Shown: positions 21,557 through 29,875 of the stretch, piece after piece
How positions within the stretch are numbered: the stretch's first letter is position 1
Layout: each line of letters begins with the position of its first letter
Notes under the pieces: model-generated
What the model was told of the DNA's origin: nothing
The model's input: the letters and a program-made list of their open reading frames with translations, nothing else
Databases searched by the model: none
NCBI GenBank assembly: GCA_963706955.1
Contig: CAVPOC010000001.1
Location: 128,001-192,000 of the forward strand
Source: an uncultured Verrucomicrobiae bacterium
GTDB taxonomy: Bacteria; Verrucomicrobiota; Verrucomicrobiia; Chthoniobacterales; Terrimicrobiaceae
Reading direction: 5' to 3'
Length of the DNA stretch: 64,000 nucleotides
Position numbers and translations under genes: made by a program

Positions 21557-23146
21557 ATGAGAGAATTCGATTGCGTCGTCATTGGCAGCGGCATCGCTGG
21601 TCTCTCGTTTGCGCTCAAGGCAGCAGAAAAGGGATCCGTTGCGCTGGTGACTAAACGCCTGCTGGCGGACTCGAACACCGCCTGGGCGCAAGGGGGTGTC
21701 GCCTGTGTGGTTAGCGAAGAGGATTCGTTTGACCTTCACGTTCGCGACACGCTTGTCGCCGGTGCCGGGCTTTGCAACGAGGAGGTCGTGCGCGCGGTAG
21801 TCACCGAGGGTCCCGCTCGCGTCCACGAGCTGATCAATTTCGGAATGCATTTCGATGAGAGGCAGCTCGCCAACGGTCAGCGCGAACTCGATCTGGCCCG
21901 GGAGGGTGGGCACTCCAAGCGCCGGGTGCTTCATTCTCAAGATTTCACTGGACTGGAGATTGAACGAACCCTGATCAGCCAAATCTCCGCGCACGCGAGT
22001 ATCACCGTCTTTGAAAATCACATGGCCGTAGATTTTCTGACCACGGGCAAGTTGGGCTACGCGATGCAGGATTGTTGCGTCGGTGTGTATGTCCTCGATG
22101 AGGCGAGTAGTCAGGTGGAGACCTTGCGCAGTGATATCAACGTGCTCGCCACCGGCGGTTGTGGAAAAGTCTACCTCTATTCAACAAATCCGGATATCGC
22201 CACCGGCGATGGAGTGGCGATGGCCTGGCGGGCCGGCGCCTTGATTTCCAACATGGAGTTTATTCAGTTCCACCCGACCTGTCTCTACCATGCGGAAGCG
22301 AAGTCATTTCTTATCTCGGAGGCCGTTCGCGGCGAAGGAGGCGTTTTGCTTGATGCCAGGGGTCGACGCTTCATGGAGCACCATCATCCGCAAAAAGAGT
22401 TGGCTCCACGCGATATCGTTGCCCGCGCCATTGACGGGGAAATGAAACGAAGCGGAAGCAAGTGTGTCTTCCTCGATATTACTCACAAGCCGGCGGAGTT
22501 TATCCGGGCGCGCTTTCCATCCATTCACGAGACCTGCTTGCGCCACGGGATAGACATTACCGCCCAACCGATTCCCGTTGTTCCCGCCGCCCACTACCAA
22601 TGCGGAGGCGTGAAAACTGACCTCAATGGAGAGACGAGCTTGCGTGGGCTGTATGCGATTGGTGAGGTCGCCTGCACGGGTTTGCACGGTGCCAACCGCT
22701 TGGCCAGTAATTCACTGTTGGAAGGCCTGGTGCTCGCGCACAGGGCAACGGGAAAATCAATGCGCAACCGCAAGCCGCGCCTCGAATTCGATTTGCCGGA
22801 GTGGCGGCCGGGCCAAGTCCAGGACTTGGACGAATTTGTCGTCATCTACCACAACTGGGACGAAATCCGCCGGCTCATGTGGGACTACGTCGGAATCGTT
22901 CGCACCGACAAGCGGCTCCATCGCGCAGCCACGCGCCTGCGCAACTTGCATGCAGAGATTCAGGAATTTTATTGGAACTTCAAAGTTTCGACGGAGCTGC
23001 TCGAGCTGCGCAATTTGGTCACGGTGGCCTCTTTGATCGTTGATTGCGCAATCAGTCGTCGCGAGAGTCGTGGCTTGCACTACACGTTGAATTACCCCGA
23101 GAGCGACCCGCGCTTCTTACGGGATACCACCATGCGCCGGACATGA
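21557..23146 (+). CDS. nadB: L-aspartate oxidase
   Basis: GSGIAGL, WAQGG, EGGHSKRRVLH, QFHPT, PAAHYQCGG, GLHGANRLASNSLLE, ESRGLH. Confidence 0.96.
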   Translation: MREFDCVVIGSGIAGLSFALKAAEKGSVALVTKRLLADSNTAWAQGGVACVVSEEDSFDLHVRDTLVAGAGLCNEEVVRAVVTEGPARVHELINFGMHFDERQLANGQRELDLAREGGHSKRRVLHSQDFTGLEIERTLISQISAHASITVFENHMAVDFLTTGKLGYAMQDCCVGVYVLDEASSQVETLRSDINVLATGGCGKVYLYSTNPDIATGDGVAMAWRAGALISNMEFIQFHPTCLYHAEAKSFLISEAVRGEGGVLLDARGRRFMEHHHPQKELAPRDIVARAIDGEMKRSGSKCVFLDITHKPAEFIRARFPSIHETCLRHGIDITAQPIPVVPAAHYQCGGVKTDLNGETSLRGLYAIGEVACTGLHGANRLASNSLLEGLVLAHRATGKSMRNRKPRLEFDLPEWRPGQVQDLDEFVVIYHNWDEIRRLMWDYVGIVRTDKRLHRAATRLRNLHAEIQEFYWNFKVSTELLELRNLVTVASLIVDCAISRRESRGLHYTLNYPESDPRFLRDTTMRRT

Positions 23147-23220
23147 GGGCTCTACGTTTTCAGTTGCGGCCGCGCAGCGCAGCGGGCATAGTAGGCGCCC
23201 CAAGCCGCCTTTTGATTGGT

Positions 23221-24062
23221 ATGAGAATCGCTACCGCTATATCAGCTGTGTTTTTCGTGACTGCTATATTGAGAGCTTCCGAAGCGCAATCACCCATTTC
23301 CTCGAGCACAGACTTCCAGAAAGCGGCCATGCGGCTGCGTGAGAATGCGCTCTTGAAACTCGAACCGCAGGTGGTCGCGGGGACGAACTTCCGGTCGGGA
23401 TTCAATCGCTACCCTGGAAGCGCGGCATTGTGACGACAGTTTTCTGGGTCGGGGAACGGCCGACAGCAAACAATCCCGTTCCCAATTATAAGAGCTCATG
23501 GGATCAACGCTGGGCGCAGAATTATGGGGGCTTGGATAATCCGGATCCGGCGCTTCGCCGAAACTTCATTCCTGCCAAATTCGTTCCGCGGCAGAACCCA
23601 TTCTATATTGCGCTTCCCTACAATGATGTATCTCGCGGGACGACGAAAGCCGAAGCGCGCCGGGCCGTTCCCTGGTTCAAGCAAACTTTCGAGCGGCCTG
23701 GAAAAAGCGTGCTCAAGGGCCGGTGGGTGGCGGTAAGACGGGGCAACCGGATTGCCTATGCGCAGTGGGAAGATTGTGGGCCATTCAGAACCGACCACTG
23801 GCAGTATGTTTTCGGAAATCAAAGACCGCTCCCGAATCTAAACCAGGGCGCGGGTCTGGACGTGTCGCCGGCGGTGCGCGACTACCTTGGCATGCGAGGC
23901 AAGGATGTCTGCGATTGGAAATTTGTTGAGGCTCGCGATGTCCCCCCAGGGCCGTGGAGCAAGTACGGCGACAACAACACCTTCGTGTTGCAACGTCGTG
24001 GGGTAAACCTATTCCTGGTGGACCGCAATAACGCCTACGGCATTAGGAAGCGCCTCGACTAA
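23221..24062 (+). CDS. Secreted protein with RlpA-like double-psi beta-barrel motifs; apparent frameshift at about 23413
   Basis: Signal peptide; joined read YPWKRGIVTTVFWVGE...PFYIALPYND...YAQWEDCGPF...AGLDVSPA. Confidence 0.65.
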
Positions 24063-24078
24063 GCGTTTTCGTTTTTCT

Positions 24079-24740
24079 TCAAGTCAATTTTTCGGTGCGT
24101 CGCTCCCCCGGGAACGACACCGAGAGGCCGGTGCTTTCCGGAGCGAACCACTTTAGGATAGCGAGAAGGGCTTTGGCTGCTTCTTCAGGAGCGACGGAGC
24201 GCATGCAGCGAAAGTCCAGCGGCACTCGCGCAGAAAGCACGGGTTGCATTCCACTTGATGGCGAGGACAATGCTGCTCGGTGAGCGCGCGCCGGTCAGGC
24301 GCGGTTAAGTCGAGCTGAAGATCACCACCAGCGGACGCCAAAACCGTCGGCGAGATGCATTGTCCCGGTGTCGTTCGTGAGGAGAGCCGCAAACGGGCGC
24401 GGAGCTGTTCCCGCCACTTTAGGAGTTGCTCGATGAGCTCCGCGAGCGAAGTTTTGCTGGTGACGAACGGAAGTTGAAAGCGGCGGGTTGGCTTCGCGCG
24501 TCTTCGCCATCTGCCAGTAGCGGTCCGCCTGATGTTTGGGTCGGGCAGCTTTCTTCTTTTCGAGCTCGTCAATGCCAAGGCGACGGAGAGATTTTCCCTT
24601 GCGAGTTTGCGGTAGCGGGGCAGGATCGCCCAGAGCACGGCGCCTACGGCCTGTCCAAGCACAAAGCAGACCGCAAGAGGAAGATGGCGGATCACAGTAA
24701 TGGCGCTCAGCGCAAGCCAGTAAGTCAGCCGATCCAACAT
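24079..24740 (-). pseudogene. Remnant of a lipid A acyltransferase (LpxL-like N-terminus) plus GT9 heptosyltransferase (C-terminus), internally deleted and frameshifted
   Basis: N-term MLDRLTYWL...LPLAVCFVLGQAVG..LW..LPRYRKLARENL; fragments KTSLAELIEQL, LLTNDTGTMHLA, HQVECNPCFLREC, LDFRCMRSV in different frames within 660 bp. Confidence 0.65.
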
Positions 24741-25917
24741 GCAGAAAAAAGTGTCCAAACTTAGCAACGCGGCTTTCGCATCGGAAGGAGCTTCCATTGG
24801 CCCGGGCTCGACCGTGGGGATTCTCGGTGGTGGGCAGCTCGGACGCATGTTTGGGATTGCCGCGCGGCGGATGGGCTATCGCGTTCACGCTTTCGAGCCA
24901 CACCCCGATAGCCCGGCTGGACAGATTAGCGACGTGGAAGTCAATGCGTCCTACGATGACTTCGCTGCGCTCGAGCGATTTGCTCGGGAAGTCGATGTCA
25001 TCTCCTTCGAGTTCGAAAACATTCCCCTCTCTGCGATCAGGGAAGTCGCGAAAATCCGTCCGCTGCGCCCGCGGGGCGAGGTGTTGCACATCTGCCAGAA
25101 TCGGGAAAGGGAGAAGGCATTCCTGCGCGAGCATCGGTTCCCCCATGCGTCCTTCGCCGTCGCTGAATCGCCGGAGGGTTTGCGCACGGCCCTCGACAGT
25201 ATTGGGATGCCCGCGGTGCTCAAGACCGCCGATTTCGGATACGACGGCAAAGGTCAGTTGAAGCTCGAGGGAGACGTCGACGTCGAAAAGACTTGGGCGC
25301 GCTTTCACTCCGGACGCGGCGTCCTCGAGGAATGGATCCCCTTTCAAGCGGAGCTCTCGGTGGTGGTGGCCCGGGGTCTGGACGGTCGCATGCTGGCTTT
25401 CCCACCGGCGGAAAATCTGCATCGGAAACACATCCTCGACATCTCCATAGTGCCGGGTCGCTTCCCGCAGACAATCGCGGACGCGGCCGTCGGCCTCGCC
25501 TGCGAAATCACTGCATCTCTCGACGTGGTTGGACTTCTCGCGGTTGAATTTTTTCTCACAGAGGACTCCCAATTGCTGGTCAACGAACTGGCGCCTCGTC
25601 CCCACAACTCCGGCCACTACACTTTCGATGCGTGCGTCACCAGCCAGTTCGAGCAACAGCTCCGCGCCGTTTGCGGACTCCCCTTGGGCTCAACATCATT
25701 GCTCAGTCCGGTCGTCATGTGGAACCTTCTGGGACACCTTTGGAAAAGCGGAGAGCCCGACTGGAACGTGATCCTTTCCGAACCGCGGGCCAAGCTCCAT
25801 CTCTATGGAAAACGGGAAGCCCGTCCGGGGAGAAAGATGGGCCACGTTTCGGTGCTGGCGGAAGTGGAGGAAGCCCTGGCTTTGGTCGAGACTTTCAGGA
25901 GGAAGCTCGAAGATTGA
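24739..25917 (+). CDS. purK: N5-carboxyaminoimidazole ribonucleotide synthase (true start may be a few codons downstream)
   Basis: GILGGGQLGRM, FEFEN, GYDGKGQ, NELAPRPHNSGH, SQFEQQLRA, HLYGK...RKMGHV. Confidence 0.96.
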   Translation: MQKKVSKLSNAAFASEGASIGPGSTVGILGGGQLGRMFGIAARRMGYRVHAFEPHPDSPAGQISDVEVNASYDDFAALERFAREVDVISFEFENIPLSAIREVAKIRPLRPRGEVLHICQNREREKAFLREHRFPHASFAVAESPEGLRTALDSIGMPAVLKTADFGYDGKGQLKLEGDVDVEKTWARFHSGRGVLEEWIPFQAELSVVVARGLDGRMLAFPPAENLHRKHILDISIVPGRFPQTIADAAVGLACEITASLDVVGLLAVEFFLTEDSQLLVNELAPRPHNSGHYTFDACVTSQFEQQLRAVCGLPLGSTSLLSPVVMWNLLGHLWKSGEPDWNVILSEPRAKLHLYGKREARPGRKMGHVSVLAEVEEALALVETFRRKLED

Positions 25918-25927
25918 GTTCTCGACG

Positions 25928-26299
25928 ATGAACTCCCGTGTTGTCAGGACAAGGCTGCCGGTGCGCGTCATTGCGGCGGCTTTGCTCCTCGGCCTTTTTC
26001 TGATCGGCTTTCTCGTCCTCGCCGTCTGGCAGAGCGGGGCCGCCATCGAAAAGGCTCGCATGACCGGCAGGGTCGTCGCCAAGGAATTCGTTCCCGCCCC
26101 AGAGCAGCAGGTGACCGTTGGCCGCAAAGGCGGGCTGAGCGCCGCCCAATCGTCGGGCGAATACATCCTGACCGTGGAGGTGGCCACGGAGGACAAGAAA
26201 ACGAAGAAGCCTTACGATGTCTGGGTGGACAAGAGACGCTACGAAGCTGTTAAAATCGGCGATCTTTTCGACGTGGGACCCTATCTGGTGCGCGAATAA
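25928..26299 (+). CDS. Hypothetical membrane-anchored protein (OB-fold-like C-terminus)
   Basis: N-terminal TM helix, GRVVAKEF...YDVWVD..RYEAVKIGD; same strand as its neighbours. Confidence 0.7.
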   Translation: MNSRVVRTRLPVRVIAAALLLGLFLIGFLVLAVWQSGAAIEKARMTGRVVAKEFVPAPEQQVTVGRKGGLSAAQSSGEYILTVEVATEDKKTKKPYDVWVDKRRYEAVKIGDLFDVGPYLVRE

Positions 26300-26373
26300 A
26301 AAATGAACGCCTTCCCAAGCTCGCTGTCTCAGGATGTAAATACGCTGTCAAAAATTCCTCTTCCGTATTTCAC

Positions 26374-27363
26374 ATGAGTATTCTCGCACAGCAAACAAAC
26401 AATCAGGTCCAAGAAGCGCGTCAGTGGGTCGAGCCACTCGTTGCCGAAGTTAGCAAGGTCGTTATTGGCCAAAAGAAGCTAGTTTATCGCTTGCTCACGG
26501 GCCTTCTCTGCAATGGCCATGTCTTGCTCGAAGGGGTGCCCGGCTTGGCCAAAACGCTAACGGTGCGAACGCTGGCAGCATGTATCCGCACCGGCTTTCA
26601 GCGCATCCAGTTCACACCGGATCTTCTTCCCGCCGATTTGATTGGCACGCTGATCTATAACCCCAGGGATGGAGAATTTACGACCAAACTGGGCCCGATT
26701 TTTTCCAACCTCATCCTCGCAGACGAGATCAACCGCGCGCCAGCCAAGGTTCAGAGTGCCTTGCTCGAAGCTATGCAGGAGCGCCAGGTGACTATTAGCG
26801 ACACCAGCTATCCGCTCTCCGATCCTTTCTTGGTGCTGGCGACGCAAAATCCGATCGAGCAGGAAGGGACCTATCAACTTCCTGAGGCCCAACTCGACCG
26901 CTTCATGCTCAAGGTGAACGTTGGATATCCAACGCGCGAAGAAGAGCGTGAAATCCTCGATGCGATGGCGACCTCTGCGCCGCTCCTGAGTGTCCAGCCG
27001 ATCGTCTCGCCTGAGGAAATTATTCACGCGCGCAGCGTGGTTAATTCGATCTATGTGGATGATCGCATCAAGGAGTATATCGTTAATGTCGTCTGGGCGA
27101 CGCGCGATCCGGCGGTGTCCAAGCTCAAACTCGATGGGATGATTCGCCTCGGCGCCTCCCCGCGGGCGACAATCTACCTTACCTTGGCGGCCAAGGCCCA
27201 GGCTTTCATCGCTGGTCGCGGATATGTGACGCCCCAGGATGTCAAGTCGATTGGGCTGGATGTGCTTCGCCACCGTATCGGAGTGAGCTACGAAGCCGAA
27301 GCCGAATCGGTCACCAGTGAGATGATTGTGGAAAAGATCTTTGCCGGACTGCCCGTTCCCTAG
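26374..27363 (+). CDS. moxR: MoxR family AAA+ ATPase
   Basis: GHVLLEGVPGLAKT, RIQFTPDLLPAD, ADEINRAPAKVQSALLEAMQE, ATQNPIEQEGTY.LPEAQLDRF. Confidence 0.96.
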   Translation: MSILAQQTNNQVQEARQWVEPLVAEVSKVVIGQKKLVYRLLTGLLCNGHVLLEGVPGLAKTLTVRTLAACIRTGFQRIQFTPDLLPADLIGTLIYNPRDGEFTTKLGPIFSNLILADEINRAPAKVQSALLEAMQERQVTISDTSYPLSDPFLVLATQNPIEQEGTYQLPEAQLDRFMLKVNVGYPTREEEREILDAMATSAPLLSVQPIVSPEEIIHARSVVNSIYVDDRIKEYIVNVVWATRDPAVSKLKLDGMIRLGASPRATIYLTLAAKAQAFIAGRGYVTPQDVKSIGLDVLRHRIGVSYEAEAESVTSEMIVEKIFAGLPVP

Positions 27364-27450
27364 TCGACTCGGCTGGAGCTCTACTTCCCATTGGCTATGC
27401 GGCTGCTTCGAGTGACGGCCCTGATGATCTGATTGTCCCCCTCTGCTGTT

Positions 27451-28341
27451 ATGAATCGAGACCCACGCGAGATCCTGAAGAAGATTCGGCATCTCGAGTT
27501 GCGCACCCGACGACTCGTTAACGCGTCATTTTCCGGACGGTATCATAGCGTCTTCAAAGGGCGCGGAATGAACTTCGAAGAGGTTCGCGAATACACCCCC
27601 GGTGATGAAATCCGCAGCATCGACTGGAATGTTACTGCGCGGATGAACGCAGCCTACGTGAAGAAGTTTACCGAGGAGCGGGAGCTAACGGTAATGCTCC
27701 TGGTGGACGTGAGCGCGTCCGGCAGCTTTGGCAGCGTGGAGCTTAGCAAACGGGAGTTGGCCGCGGAGGTCGCAGCGATCCTCGCCTTTAGCGCCGTCAA
27801 CAACAGCGACAAAGTCGGACTTCTGCTCTTCTCCGATGATGTCGAGTTGTTCATTCCTCCGAAAAAGGGACGCCTGCATACACTGCGCTTAATCCGCGAG
27901 ATGCTCTATTTCGAGCCCAAAGGCCGGCAAACAAATGTGACTACCGCCTTGGATTACCTGAACAAAGTGATCTCTCGTCGCGCCGTCGTATTTCTCATTT
28001 CCGATTTTCTGGCTCCGGATTATAGCAAGTCACTCTCCGTCGCTGGCCGGCGCCACGATCTTGTGGCAATGCCCGTCTTCGATCCCGGCGAGGAACGGCT
28101 TCCGAATGTAGGCTTGGTCACCTTCGAGGATGCCGAGACGGGTGAGCAGATCGAAATCAATACCTCGAACTCCTCCGTGCGCAATGCCTTCGCCGCGGAG
28201 GAGGAAGGCCGACGCAAAAAGCTTTTCAAGCTTTTCGGCGCGCGAGGAATCGACTTCGTGCCACTCGGCACGGACAAGGATTATCTGGTGGCGCTGCGAA
28301 GCTTTTTTGAGCGCCGGGAACGAAGATTGACCGCCGCATGA
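27451..28341 (+). CDS. DUF58 family VWA protein
   Basis: GRGMNFEEVREY.PGDEIRSIDWNVTAR, VDVSAS, FLISDF. Confidence 0.93.
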   Translation: MNRDPREILKKIRHLELRTRRLVNASFSGRYHSVFKGRGMNFEEVREYTPGDEIRSIDWNVTARMNAAYVKKFTEERELTVMLLVDVSASGSFGSVELSKRELAAEVAAILAFSAVNNSDKVGLLLFSDDVELFIPPKKGRLHTLRLIREMLYFEPKGRQTNVTTALDYLNKVISRRAVVFLISDFLAPDYSKSLSVAGRRHDLVAMPVFDPGEERLPNVGLVTFEDAETGEQIEINTSNSSVRNAFAAEEEGRRKKLFKLFGARGIDFVPLGTDKDYLVALRSFFERRERRLTAA

Positions 28342-28859
28342 TGCCTCCGACAGCCCAAGCGACTCCAGCACCAATCCACGACATTGCCGGTCCGGTTTGG
28401 TTCTTTCCGTATCCCGTCTGGATGGCGGTGGCGGCCGGCCTCGCGTTTCTCGTCCTCGTAGGCCTGCTTTTCTGGTTCACGCGGCGCAAACGAGCGGCTC
28501 CCGTGCTCAGCGCGCGTGAACGGGCTCTCGCGGTGTTGCGAGAGCTGCGTGACGAAGCTTCAGAGGCTGACCCGTATGGTTTCGGTGTGCGGGTTTCTGA
28601 TGCATTGCGCACCTACATTCGTGATCAACACAGCCTCGATGCCGTCACCCGAACGTCCGTCGAATTCCTGGAAGCGTTGCGCGACAACGCCGCCTTCACC
28701 AACAACGAGAAGGCGGCTATTTCGGAGTTCCTCGAGTCCGTTGATCTGCTCAAGTACGCGCGGCAAGCTGCGGCGGCGGCAGAGATTCAAATTCTCCTCG
28801 AGATCGCCGAACGGGTCGTGCGCGGAGAGAGTCCGCCGCAAGCTGTCGTTTCCAAATGA
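28338..28859 (+). CDS. Bat-operon membrane protein (DUF4381-like)
   Basis: IHDI..PV, one TM helix, TRTS.EFL, DLLKYA; overlaps both neighbours by 4 bp. Confidence 0.75.
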   Translation: MMPPTAQATPAPIHDIAGPVWFFPYPVWMAVAAGLAFLVLVGLLFWFTRRKRAAPVLSARERALAVLRELRDEASEADPYGFGVRVSDALRTYIRDQHSLDAVTRTSVEFLEALRDNAAFTNNEKAAISEFLESVDLLKYARQAAAAAEIQILLEIAERVVRGESPPQAVVSK

Positions 28860-29875
28860 CCGAAGGAAGTCCATTTGGTTTTAGTTTTGCCCATCCCTGG
28901 GTTCTGCTTTTTCTCCTCTTGCTCCCGATCCTCGCGGTATTGAAAGGTCGTGTTGGAGGCACGGCGGGAGTGACGTTTTCCAGCACTTCGGCGTTGTCTT
29001 CGCTCGGCCGCCGGCGGCGATCGCGCGCCGGGGCGCTCCTCGCTTTGCTGACGCATCTGGCGCTAGCCAGTCTGATCATTGCGCTGGCCCGGCCGCAGCT
29101 TGGCCGCACACTTACTCGCGTCGAGGCCAGCGGAGTGGACATCATGCTGGCTCTGGATGTGTCGCGATCGATGCTGGCGGAGGATTATACGATTGGCTCG
29201 GAGCGCGCCAATCGGATTGAAGCGGTCAAAAAGGTCACCGAGGAATTCATTCGACAGCGACCGAACGATCGCATCGGAATTGTTGCTTTTGCCGGCCGTC
29301 CTTATCTCGTCAGTCCGCTCACACTCGATCACGATTGGTTAATCCAAAACCTCGATCGCCTGCAGATCGGGCTGGTTGAGGATGGGACGGCGATTGGCTC
29401 GGCCATTGCCGCGGCCGCGAACCGTCTTAAGGACAAAGAGGCCAAGAGCAAGCTGCTCGTTCTTCTCACTGATGGCGACAACAACGCGGGTCGCGTCACC
29501 CCGTTGACGGCTACCGAGGCGGCCAAAGCCCTCGGCATTCGAATTTACACGATCGGAGCAGGCACCAATGGAGAGGTTCCGTTTCCCTTTACTGATCCGT
29601 TTGGCAGAACCGTCTATCGAAATGTCCTGATGCAATATAACGACGAGCTGCTCAGGCAGATTGCTTCGGTCACCAAAGGGAAATATTTTCGGGCGGCAGA
29701 CACGCACACATTGAAGGACGTTTTCAATGAGATCGACCAGATGGAGAAGACAAAGGTAAGCGTCGAAAAGACAGCGGACTATCGTGACTTGTTTCCGATG
29801 TTCCTCCTGGCAGGATTTGTCCTGCTCGGATCGGAGGTTCTCCTTTCTCAAACAGTATGGAAACGTCTCCCTTGA
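28856..29875 (+). CDS. batA: BatA-like VWA domain protein
   Basis: FAHPW.L, ALARPQ, MIDAS DVSRS, GTAIGSAI, LLTDGDNN, IYTIG. Confidence 0.9.
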   Translation: MTEGSPFGFSFAHPWVLLFLLLLPILAVLKGRVGGTAGVTFSSTSALSSLGRRRRSRAGALLALLTHLALASLIIALARPQLGRTLTRVEASGVDIMLALDVSRSMLAEDYTIGSERANRIEAVKKVTEEFIRQRPNDRIGIVAFAGRPYLVSPLTLDHDWLIQNLDRLQIGLVEDGTAIGSAIAAAANRLKDKEAKSKLLVLLTDGDNNAGRVTPLTATEAAKALGIRIYTIGAGTNGEVPFPFTDPFGRTVYRNVLMQYNDELLRQIASVTKGKYFRAADTHTLKDVFNEIDQMEKTKVSVEKTADYRDLFPMFLLAGFVLLGSEVLLSQTVWKRLP

